The notes under the pieces were generated by a model. It was not told where the DNA came from and made no database searches. It was given only the letters and a program-made list of their open reading frames with translations. Position numbers and translations under genes: made by a program. A DNA stretch of 63,334 nucleotides, counting the filler, from Choristocarpus tenellus KU-1152 (lineage: Eukaryota; Protista; Phaeophyceae), in assembly GCA_964200185.2 (NCBI GenBank). It is 10 parts of 10 records of this genome, joined end to end, with 100 filler letters (N's around TTAATTAATTAA, not from the genome) between each part and the next. Parts side by side here need not be neighbours in the genome. Positions count along the whole stretch, not along the records: positions 37,047 to 54,562 come from CAXNAD020000664.1; positions 54,663 to 57,793 come from CAXNAD020022109.1; positions 57,894 to 60,642 come from CAXNAD020025066.1; positions 60,743 to 63,334 come from CAXNAD020026461.1; 6 more parts are not named here. The stretch is one strand, 5' to 3'. Of this stretch, positions 52,214-63,334 are shown one piece after another (position 1 is the stretch's first letter; each line of letters starts with the position of its first letter).

Positions 52214-55059
52214 GCCACCACCACCACCACCACCACCACCACCACCACTACTACAGCAAGAAAAGTGTGGGGTTATGGAGAAGGAGGCACGACTGCATGC
52301 AGCACCTGTATAAAAAAGAACCTGATGTAATAGAATGATTTCAAAATATAATAGAAACACAGTGTACTTATTCTTTTCAGTGCTCTACCAACATTTACAA
52401 GAAAAATAAATATAGAGGATGACAAACACCCCTACCCTTGACTAACACCAGTATTAAATGTAGCCTATCCACAAAAATCCCTTCCAGTGCACATGTTGGG
52501 AATATCAACCATCGACTAGCTAGACGCTACTATCCTAACCCTAACTCTAACCCTAACTCCGAACCCATGGGTACCCCAACAAAAATAAAAAAGGTTATCA
52601 TTTGTATCATACTAAGCACAATAAGTTGTTTCATATCCGTCAAGCTTTGACCAAAGTACATCAAAATATATACTCCTAGAGTATGTATATATTTTGTCGT
52701 AACAGCATGTGACTTCTAACCATTCACATGTTGTGACTACAATTGTTCGAGTATTTCATCATTTATCACCATCTATACATATATATATTGCGGTGTCTCC
52801 ACTCACTCCTTCTCCAGTCACAGATCAAACCACTTATTCGTCCCTTCCATCCGACAAATCCATGCTCTCAGGGTCACTCTCAACCTCCTTGTCCGAGTCA
52901 TTCTTGCAATGAGCCCTACAACCCACGACTCTGTGACCCCCAATAGTTATTCCCCTTTGTTCTACACCTCGTTCAATAGTACTCAAAAATACTGCATGGA
53001 TGGGCCATAAACTGCCCTGAACGGCTTGGAGCCATTTTCTCTTCTTCTCCTACAATGCTTCCCCCCTCACACAAGGTGTTTGTCCAGGGACTTCGACAAC
53101 ATCCACACACAGGTCATCGTCATCATCATCACCAGCTGCAACTGCTTTGTGTACAGGACAACTGTGATCAATGACCATGTACAACGCTGCTCTGTTTCTG
53201 CATGTCTCCTTTCCCGGTATGAGCATAGAGTTGAGCTCCTTGTTATCCAGGACCTGCACCATCCTGGGCATGGCAATACTGTGATCTTTCATGTATTCCC
53301 TGGCATGTTGGGGGCTGTCGAGGACATGGAAGGTGCCCCACAAAGGTAGCCTTGTACTCTGTGGCACCTCCTTGCCTTTGGTAGTACACAGTAACAATTC
53401 TGTGCACCTCTGTCATCACATACCAGCCGATTATTGGATGGAAGACAGATATGAGTAAAATGGAGAGTGAGAAATGTGTGTGGAGGAACAAAGTGCTACT
53501 TGGCAGAGGACAAGAGTCCCTGCACTTGATGGAGTACGCTGCGGTATTGGTGATACCATGGTGATAATAACAATCACTGTGTACTACAGGGTGATGAAGG
53601 ACATGTGTACTCCCTGCTTGTTTGGTGGGTTACAATACAAGTGAGGTGAAAGATGGTGGTGTGAATATGTACACCTTGGCAAGTTAGGTAGTCATATTCA
53701 ACAACACTCACCGTGATATCCAAATCGTAACTGCCAGCCAAGATTGTCAAAACTGAGTCAAAATCCACACCCTCTTGGTTCAAAGAGTCTGCAACACAGG
53801 GTGGCATGTTGTGGTTCTGGAGTAAACGCTGGCCTGGCCTGTTTAGCACACCAACCCTTACCTGACTTTCCACAGTATCCTGCAGAACAGGGATAGAGAG
53901 GCCGTGAACAGTAATGGTTGAGGGAACAATTGTTGCCAGTCGTTCACAACAGTATGTGAGAAACCTATTTATGCGAATGCTTAGTGTCACTAAAGTATTG
54001 ATTTTCCTCTTCAAATAATAACGTACCTTTGTAAATAGACATAGTATATATATTTGTGTGTGTATCAAAACTGATGTGTTGCACAAACTATTCTTCTTGG
54101 ATGTGCAGTTCGTTCTAGAGACAAGCACTTGTCACACATGAATAATTATTCCTCTATTGTAGGTGGTATGAAGTACAGTCTGCGCGGCAGGTGTTGATTA
54201 GTGAATGAGGTTGAAACTGTCAACTGACCCGGAAGAGACACATGCGCCAAGCTTGGGCAAAGCACTGATTCAGACGCTTCTCCATGTATTCCTCGTCCAC
54301 CTTCTTGGTAGTGAACACCTCCACCCTCCTGTGCCGCAGAAGAGCCGCCTCTGCAGCCAAGTTACTTGCACCATTAGTCAACATGACAGTTTTCAATTAG
54401 TAGTGTAAGTACTACATCACCTGAGACATATCCAGCACAGAACAGCCACTATGTTGTTGGAAGAAGCAGGGCAAGCGTTCCCCACTGGTGGAGTACCTCA
54501 CACAGATTGAGTAGTAATTTGGGTCAAAGTATCTGGGAGGGGGGGGGGGGGGGTTTTGAGGGNNNNNNNNNNNNNNNNNNNNNNNNNNNNNNNNNNNNNN
54601 NNNNNNTTAATTAATTAANNNNNNNNNNNNNNNNNNNNNNNNNNNNNNNNNNNNNNNNNNNNATCGCGACATAAAAAAATTGACCCCAAATGGACAGCCG
54701 CGACCCCCTCCCAGATACTTTGAGCCAAAACTAGTGGAGGTGGTTAACTTGTTGGAATCCTATCATCAATTTTTCTCGCTGGTAGTATATTTGCTACAAC
54801 ACAACTTCTACCCTCTACACTACTTGTTGTATTACAACCAATCGTACTCTCTCTTGCATGCCTTTGTTTTTTTTCGCACATTGGGATCAGCCATTTTACC
54901 ATTCGTTGGTTTGCTTCCTCCCTCGAATCTGGTTAGTACTCTGTCCATCCTTAATGATTAATGATTACACGTTGGCATCTTTGAGACTGAGCGGTGAATG
55001 TGGTGGCTTCTCAGATAAATTTCGAGGGTCCAAACCCATTCAACTCACCATGCGTATTT

Positions 55060-56290
55060 TACCTAACCTTCGTCCAAAAATGCCAATCCTCCGAGATTCC
55101 ATCCTCTCTCATCCCCTTCCCACTTCTCCGTGACATGTTTCCATAATTATCCAATACCATCTATTCACTCTCTACTTTGGTCCTTGTAAAGCACTGGGGC
55201 TGTGTATTGTCCCTACCAAGCACCTTAACGTATTGTAGCATTGTCACAAATGTTCACTTCTTTTTCCTGCGCTACTTCCTTGAACAGAGAGATACCAATA
55301 ATGTTATATGTTTGCTTTTTCTTTTCATGTCCTACTACTCTTTGCGCATTGCTACACATGTCAGTATTACCCAAGTAACCCATATTGCCAGAGCGTAGGG
55401 TAAGAACCCTATGCAGTGTGCAATACTATGTACTCTGGAGTGCATCCCATTAGCACCGGCTTTATGGTGCCATTGACAACCCGTATCTGTTACAGGCGAG
55501 TAGCGTGAGTATTTCTTCCTGCGCTTTAACCGGTGCGAGCAGTGTACACGTGTGGGGAACCCCAAAAGGGGGAACTCCGATTTGCTAAAAAGTTGTAGAA
55601 TAATATCTGGAACTTGGGTAGGTTGCAACGGTTCCCAGATGTATTCCAACGTCTGTAAACCAAAGAACCCGAAACGGTAAATGATGATAAGAGATCCTAA
55701 AAACAGCTCCAAATGGCTCAGTTCCCAAAGGACTTAGACACCCACAAAGGACACTCTTAACTGATGCTGATACACGTTCATACGCTTATTGATTCATTAA
55801 GAGTACCCCTGTACTGCTGAGCTGATGTTCGTTAACCTGTGGATTGGAGCTACACATCCTGTGGAAGTGAGCTTCGGGAGTGTGCCTGGAACATATCAGC
55901 GTTGATCCTGTGCAGACTAGTCAATCCCCCATCATCCTTCCCTCCTTATCTCATCCCCCTTTTCAATCGGATGTCACATGCATCCATTATCCATAATTTT
56001 CCCACGCCCGCATATCTTCACCCTGATTCCGTCTTGCAAAGCACTAGGGCACGACTTGTATCTTCCTTATGTGCCGTACTACTGCTCCTAATGGCACTAC
56101 TTTTTCCGAGTGGTAGATATCCCCACTGAAACAGAGACACAATGTTATATACACTATACTGTAAACATCCCTTGTATTTTGCTCTCATGCCCTACGATTC
56201 TTAGTCCACTGGTACACTTGTCTGTGTTACCCAAGCAACCCATACCTCGAGAGTACAGGGGCAGTGCTCCCTCGACATGCTATTTAGAGC
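55060..56290. repeat. Two diverged copies of a ~350-bp segment (~55060-55410 and ~55930-56290)
   Basis: Shared in order: CCATAATT, CTTG(T/C)AAAGCACT(G/A)GGGC, AACAGAGA, AATGTTATAT, TTACCCAAG(T/C)AACCCATA. Confidence 0.6.
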
Positions 56291-57893
56291 ACTGTGCACC
56301 CTTTAAGTACTACTTACATATCATGGTCACCTATTCTTCCCACCGCTCCTTCCCTACAAAGGGGCAAAAAACAACCAAGTACAAAACTTCACATTTTCTA
56401 CTCGTGCCCTATGACTGTTCTTGGTGCATTACTAAATGTCAATGTTGTTAACCAAGCATTTTGTACGGCCAGATGGAGGGGCAGTACTTCTCCTTCAACG
56501 TGTTAATGAGACCTCTCATTTTCTATTGCCTCCAACACGTTCTTGTCAATGTGCACACTCACAACCTTGAAGGTTCATTGCCAACCTTCAAGTCAATATC
56601 TTCACATACGTTCACACATATTGCGCGTGCTGTGACATTGTGTATACGGCATTTGCATATTTCCTTCCTAATCTCTCTCTTTACGTACGCCCCATATACC
56701 ATCCATGTACTAAACTACCTACTACAGTGTTACATTGAAGTCATGCCAACTCACTGGTGTAATTTTTTGGCCGTTTTGCACTAAACGAAGTATGCCTTTT
56801 TTTATCCCCTGTGCACTGCACACTATTTCAATGTTTTCGTGCACTATAGAAGAAGACCTTAAGAACAAAGGTGTCACTATACAGAAGAGACACTGACAAG
56901 AAAATCACCACAATTAAACAAAGACACTTTTCGTAATATACAAAACACACTTTCTTGGGAATTTCTACGTATCTTAAAATGCAACCCTATATTTATACCT
57001 CTCGGTTCCAATGACTCTTTGCATTTCGCCATTAACTTCCAATACAAATCAAGGTGATCAGAAAAAAATGTGTCTAAGTATTTTATCTTCATAAATAAAT
57101 GCTTAGTGAGTTTAGTGGACTACAATTTCACACATACCCTCTGCCTTTGTCTCATGTACCAAGAAGGCGGTGAGGGGTAAACCAAAGAGCATAATCCTAG
57201 ACATTTTACCTTTACTCCTGCCAGAATACTTCTTGAACCTGACTGCCACTTCAAGGTTAGATATTAAACATGACACCAGCAGCAGACAATTTTCATGGGC
57301 TATGATGGACTTTGGAGATGGCTTCAAGGAGCCTGCGACAAGCTTGCAACTCCTGGAGTTCACCTTGAAAGCAGTGTCTGCGCATTTCATCATTCCATGA
57401 TTATTGTCCCACTACCTTTCAGATATCTGCTAGTAAGCTAAACGAGTACGAATAGGCACTCTACGTTTATTTTTTCGGCACAAGAGATTGACATCATAAA
57501 TAGTGCCACTACTGTCAGTTCTTCGTTTCATAGAGTATTATAGTTTGGTAGTGCTATATATATTTTTCACATACAACACACTACCTACATATATTACGCA
57601 TTAACATAGTTGATACAACAATAATTTTGCTTTAGTCTTATCCCTTTCTTTATAGTGGTGGCTTAAAACTCACTGACGTCTCGCCATTGATGTACTTCTA
57701 TTTTAATGCTCTACTGAGCAAAAGTAATCGAGTGGTACCCAGGTTTAGGCAGTTTTGCACTTCAAGTCTGCTTGGCTCAAAGTATCTGGGGGGNNNNNNN
57801 NNNNNNNNNNNNNNNNNNNNNNNNNNNNNNNNNNNNNTTAATTAATTAANNNNNNNNNNNNNNNNNNNNNNNNNNNNNNNNNNNNNNNNNNNN

Positions 57894-58245
57894 GTATCCT
57901 CCCGCTCCTCTCCCCCCCCACCATGTGAGTAGCTAGCTCATCCAGGAAGCATTCCGCTTGCTTGCTGAGGCGCCCAAAACTTTCCACCGCAAAGGTGTTG
58001 AGGATATAACTACGAGGATCAAAGGAGCCCTCGTAGTTGGTGCACTTTCGCGCCTAGGCTGCAGCAGTAGCTACACCATTCATTGCTGGAGGATGAGTGG
58101 GTGAGGTGGGAGGTTGCCTGTACCTCTGCGAAGGTGACGTCTAGCAGAAGACCTGTGTCCATGTAGGGAGCTGTTCCGGAGTCCGCTAGTGCCCATGCAT
58201 GGAACATCAGATCGATGCGGAGATTCCTGTCCACTGTGGAAGGCA
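57894..58245 (-). mobile_element. RLE endonuclease remnant of the same retrotransposon family
   Basis: LRIDL...LLLDVTFAE and, after a frameshift, KCTNYEGSFDPRSY.LNTFAVESFGRLSKQAECFLDELATHMVGGRG. Confidence 0.72.
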
Positions 58246-58387
58246 ATTATCCTCTTATCAAATATAATGACATCCCTTACACCATACTAAAAAAATGGTG
58301 AATGATATCTACAAAATTATGTGCATACACTAACCAACAACAAGATTATATCAACAAATTGAAAATTTGCATGTATATACGTCACCA

Positions 58388-58648
58388 GAACCAAACCAAT
58401 TGAGAGGTAGGCAGATAGCGACCCTTTTGTATTCTAAGCCACCTTTCCTACTCCATACAACACTCTCTATTTCGTTTCTTTATGCGCATGATAATGTATA
58501 CAAAATCGGCATTCCCCCTTTGTACACTCAGAGTGACATAATCAATCCAGAAAATACTCTTTCTACAATTGTACAAAATGGGATATTTTTACCCTTTCTT
58601 GGGATCGTAAAAGTGCAATCCCGCCTACCTCTCAATTGGTTTCGGCTT
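58388..58648 (-). mobile_element. MITE family C, inverted copy
   Basis: GAACCAAACCAATTGAGAGGTAGGC ... GCCTACCTCTCAATTGGTTTCGGCTT. Confidence 0.75.
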
Positions 58649-60159
58649 ATCCCTCAACATTGAGTTGTACTCAGTACAAGATTTGTGGTACAATACTCCT
58701 AAATAGGAATTATTTGTACATTTTCACCGCTCCTTCAACCTTCACGTACAAATGATTCGTCATGTTTTTTTGTCTACTGATTTGTGAAGCACAAATAAAT
58801 TTAATCATGGTTTGTCTAACATGTGAGAGATTAATACCACCCACCCCACTCATACTTGCGATTGTGCAATCACTTTCTGTTCGTTTTTCTAAGTGTTAGG
58901 GTTAGGGTTGCTTCATGAGCAATTTGTTCGAGTAGGGGTATCCCTATAAACTTGGGGGCCTGTGCGCCCATTAATGTTACAGTATGCTCCAAAGCTTACC
59001 TCTACGGGATGTATACCTCCAGTCCACAAGCCTATAGATGACGCTGATGCCTGTACAGGACTCTCAAGGTACGCCCACAGTCAAAGGTCAATCGAGGATG
59101 TTGAATATAAGGTCAGGAGATGAAGGTGTACTCTTAATCAATGGGAGTTTACGACGTAGGAAAATAGTTGCAACATAGGTGTTTGGCATCTGTTAATTCT
59201 ATTTCGAGTTTACAGACACCGTAATATATCTGAAATCCTTTGTTTTATTCTAAGTTACAAATCTTACTCTGCAACCTTAGCAAATCGGAATTCCCCTTTT
59301 GTGGTTCCACTCGCGCGTTTACTGTTCACACTGGTTAGAGTGCGAGACTAGATACATATGTTATTTGGGTGTAACACAAAACCTCCTCCAAAATACTGGT
59401 ACATACATAACAGAATAACAATAATATAGCAAACTTAAAAAAATATGAATCCAAAAACGCCTATTTCTTTTTTTGGTTTGACAGACAAATATTTGTCCTA
59501 AGTGCATAGTGGTACCAGTAGTTTCGCCTTCTGGGGTTGTCCCGTAATAATGTTGATGTAGACATCGGATATAAAAAAAAGAAGCATATTCTTGATGCCC
59601 GTCACAAGACCCTCCAGAGGGAAAGTTTATGAAGTAATCTGAGGTTTGTGGGCGGAAGAATTCTGGTTGGTTGGGGGCACAAGGCAAGGAAGGAGACAGT
59701 AAAGAAATACGAGTATCAAGGAGGGAATGAAGAGTTAAATATTGAACGGTTAAGAAAATAGGTGGCAGACAGAGGCATAAGGGGAGAAGGAATGAACAGT
59801 ATTGAATCGAATGAGGAAACCTGAGGCTGGGGGACAAGATGAGGAAGGCTAGATGAAGAGGATCCCCGAGCAAGCTTTCCCGCCCACCCGCCCTGTCGCT
59901 TGCTCACGACCACCTTGAATCTTAGGGTGTGAGGGGAGGTCAAGTTCGGGCAGGGTAGATGTCTTTTAGCTCAAAGGCACGGTATGAAGGGGATGATGAA
60001 GGGGGGTTCTTGGATGATTGTGGAGTGGTGTTGAGTGGTGTTGAGTGGTGTTGAATGGTGTGGTGGAGTGGTAAGTGGGGTGGGGTTGACTGGAGTGGTA
60101 ACTGGTGTGGGGTTGAGTGGGGTTGAATAGGGTTGAATAGGGTTGAAAGGGGTGGTAGA

Positions 60160-60360
60160 GACCGGAAATTAATGGCGAAAGGGGTCGCACTGGTTGGTCA
60201 TCGGATAGGGGGGGTGATTGGAAATCAGGAGCGAAGGGGTCGTCCTAGTTGGTCATCGGATGTGGGGGGTGACGAAATATCAGTGGCGAAGGGGGTTCGC
60301 CCTGGTTGGTCATCAGAGGTGGAAATCAGTGGCGAAGAGGTTGCACTGGTTGGTCACAAG
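60160..60360. repeat. Four degenerate ~50-bp tandem units
   Basis: GGAAATCAGTGGCGAAGGGGTCGCACTGGTTGGTCATCGGA-like units. Confidence 0.75.
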
Positions 60361-60501
60361 GGTTGTTAGAATGTGGGGAGAAACGGGAATAGGGAGGAAT
60401 ACAAATGTAGAATAAAATAATAATATTCCAGAATTCGGGAGCAAAACAAAGAATGGGCTTTGTTGTTTTTTCGCCGTTTTTTCCTTTTTTCGAAGAAAGA
60501 T

Positions 60502-60572
60502 CGCTCATATTGGGGTTCGAACCCCGGATTGTTGGTAACCAAGAGTGGCAACAGATGCACTATTGCTAAATT
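60502..60572 (-). mobile_element. tRNA-derived (SINE-head-like) sequence
   Basis: A-box-like TAGCAATAGTG and a perfect T-arm GGGGTTCGAACCCC; no intact acceptor or anticodon stem. Confidence 0.45.
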
Positions 60573-62418
60573 AAAGTACAGTAGGTGCCCCGATTTTGTT
60601 CACCCATGGGCATGCCCGAAAAAAGCGGTACAGAATCGATGTNNNNNNNNNNNNNNNNNNNNNNNNNNNNNNNNNNNNNNNNNNNNTTAATTAATTAANN
60701 NNNNNNNNNNNNNNNNNNNNNNNNNNNNNNNNNNNNNNNNNNATGTATGTACTAGTACAATAGTAGTACATAAAAAAAATATAACGATAAAGATCAAGAA
60801 GGTGCAGGAGGTTGCAGGTCAATTTCATCCTATTGTTTCAATGTGACACACACATACCATTCTATTGGTGCAGAGAGTTTTTTACTCTGTTGTACCCCCC
60901 ACCCAACACCTTGTATATCGTTGTTGTTATGGCTATTATTATTGTTATTTGGTCTGTATTTTAGATCAATATTGATGATTACTATTGTTGGTTTATTGAT
61001 ACTGACATAATTGTTGGTATTATTGTAATTATTGTTAGTCTTGAAATTATCGTGATTATGGCAACTGATTTCAAAACGTGAAGTATTATAAATACTTTGA
61101 GCAATATGTAATCAAAACCTTGGCATCCAAGAAGTATATATGGACCCTTCAAGGAAGCACTAGAACTGTCAGGGGTTGCACTTGTATGCCAGAGAGGGGG
61201 AAAGGGGAGAGGAGGGAGCATGGTGCGGCTCCTTGTGTCTTTGTATGCTAGAGAGGTTACATTGATTTCAACATGCTGTGTTAAAGTCTGAACTACACAT
61301 GAACTATACCTACCAAGTATGTACTTTCTACAACACGTGAGGACAAGAGCTGGCACTGGTAATGTACAAACAGACTGGCAGACAGACAGGCAGACAGACA
61401 GGCAGACAAACAGGCAGACAAACGGACATGAATTGATTGGCTTTATATGGTACATACATGAGAGGTGTCAAAAATGTTGGTAAGGGTTCTATCGTGAATA
61501 CTAACAAACATGATTCTGGAGCTACACACCTTTCTCTTTCAAGATAGCCAGCAGTAATTGGTATACACCTAAGTAGTCATTCCCTTGACATAACGCATCA
61601 AGATAACTCTGACACAATGCCGTTGGCCTTGGGTGTTTAATTCCTGCTGCACACACACCATTGTAATAAAAAAGTTTTACACTTTGTTGGCGATGCACAT
61701 TTTGAGAGCTGCTGACCTTTTGTCATTTTTGCCCCCATTCGCTGACTATGGGCGAATGAACGGCAGGTATCTCAAGGTGCCCGAGGTGATTGAACCCTGC
61801 ATTAACTCCTTCATTTCACTCGGAAAAACAGGTTAGCTCTTGTCCCACCTCATGTGTTCTCATCGTGTCCTTCCTGTATAACACTTGGGTATAGAACGTG
61901 GAAAAGGCTGGCACAGTTGTTCCAAGCCCCCAGCTCCTTCACATGACATCAGGAAACTGACTGCATGGTGTGTGGTTTGCCAAGACAAAAAACTGCAAAG
62001 GAACATTCCTTGTGATGCAGCATTTAAGCTTGCCCTACCCCAGGCAATGATGAGCCTGTTTGCTCCTTTCTCCCCAAACAATCAACTCACGCGCTACACT
62101 GAAATCATTGCCAAGCACTTGCGAAGGAGGCACATCAAAGAAACGACTTTGCACCCTATGGAACTCTCCAAGGGCTCCTTCTCATACAATTAACAATATG
62201 AAGCTACTCAACTTTAAAGCCATCCTTGACACACGTCATTGGAAAAGGTATCACTGAGGCTGTGGTAGAGAGCAAGTGCGTGTGGTGCCTGGTTAAGGCC
62301 ATGAAAGCCCTGCCCAAGAGGCGATCTGTGCAATGGAAGGTCAGATGAAGCCACATCCATATCAAGAGTATTTCTAACATATGCAGAACGACCACCAACT
62401 CATGAGAGATTATCAAGA

Positions 62419-62677
62419 GAGCCAAAGTATCTTAGAGGGTAGAGCCGCGTCCATTTGGGGACCAATATCCAATGTTGCAATTGCGATGCAATTTTGGCTG
62501 TCGTATTTGTTAGGAAGAGTCAGTATCTATATTCCGAACACACCTTTTCATAACATACATACTTTACCTGCTCCTAAACATTTTGGAGTAAGGAAATTGT
62601 CATCAAAAACCCATGGGAAGCCAACCCGCAAATGGACAAACAGGGCAAAACTCGTACCCTCTAAGATACTTTCACTC
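62419..62677 (-). mobile_element. MITE family A, copy 4 (259 bp, inverted), 4-bp TSD AAGA
   Basis: AAGA|GAGCCAAAGTATCTTAGAGGGT ... ACCCTCTAAGATACTTTCACTC|AAGA. Confidence 0.93.
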
Positions 62678-63030
62678 AAGACTAAAAGGGTAGAGGGAAC
62701 TGCTGGGCGAGTGGTTCCATTAACTGTGATACATAGTCTATTCTATTTGTGCATTATTTCAGATTAATACACATACTGCCACAATTCCACCTCGTGTATC
62801 CTCCTTTCCATATTAGGTGATGGTACCTCCCCTTGCGGAATTGCACATCCCTTGCCCATGCTCACACGTATGTGTAAACATATGCACACAATCTTTTTTA
62901 TGACATTCTTGTGCTCTGTCCCTTCTGCCCAAAGGCAAACCCTCCCCCGCACTCCCACCCCACAGTGAGATTTGTAGTACCTGTTGTTGGTTACAAAACT
63001 ACTTGTTGTTTGTACCATTTCAATCACTAG

Positions 63031-63177
63031 GGAATTATGGCAATCATCCACCTTGCCAAGGCGGACTCAGTGTGCTCAGACCTCGGCAGAGCTGGTGTAG
63101 TTCAGCTGCTAGTGAGCATGTGGAAAGAGTGGGAGGATGATGAAATGAGGCAGCTCTTGCTGTGGGCCATGGGTCAG
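63031..63177 (+). CDS. Single exon, ARM-repeat-like
   Basis: AG/GT-bounded, 147 nt: GIMAIIHLAKADSVCSDLGRAGVVQLLVSMW...LLLWAMGQ. Confidence 0.45.
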
Positions 63178-63334
63178 GTTGGAAGACTTGGTGAGCGGTC
63201 AAGAAGTGTAGCCATTATAATAATTATGAGGTGGCTAGGAAAGTGGAAGCATTGGTCAATATAGAGATGCAGAAAATGACACATGTTTGATTATACTACA
63301 CAAAATATGGGTCAAAGTATCTGGCAGGGGGGGG

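Noticed and set aside
60160-60360. Hammerhead ribozyme in CTGATGA/CCGATGA-containing repeats (minus strand)
   Set aside because: No properly placed GAAA core or closing stems
60502-60572. Functional tRNA gene
   Set aside because: Only the T-arm is intact; no acceptor stem
4130-60742. Recurrent TTAATTAATTAA palindrome between N runs
   Set aside because: Artificial six-frame-stop linker. Neighbourhood across these points carries no biological information, so no gene-cluster claims are made across them.

Overview
Eukaryotic, intron-rich nuclear DNA, most likely from a photosynthetic stramenopile such as a brown alga. This is an inference from an ASAFAP-like plastid presequence, long GT-AG introns, interstitial TTAGGG repeats and the retroelement types present. 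The window is not one locus: it is about 10 contigs joined by an artificial N44-TTAATTAATTAA-N44 linker. Genes reconstructed by hand from exons: a COPI-associated/TVP15-like membrane protein, a DUF3007 plastid protein (complete), an LPCAT-type acyltransferase with an EF-hand, two SLC35 transporter exons, SERRATE/ARS2, and a TRAF-zinc-finger + LamG protein. Mobile DNA includes a decayed Sola-type DDD transposase, LINE and RLE retrotransposon remnants and a tRNA-derived SINE head. There are also at least four related MITE families. The most striking signal is in the MITE ends, which are bipartite: an outer TIR plus an inner GTCCATTTGGGG box. In every family-A end the inner box lies exactly 30 bp from one terminus and 40 bp from the other, a one-helical-turn asymmetry reminiscent of the 12/23 rule, with 3-4 bp target duplications. 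A second signal is a polarity of telomeric hexamers inside introns, with TTAGGG near donors and CCCTAA near acceptors.
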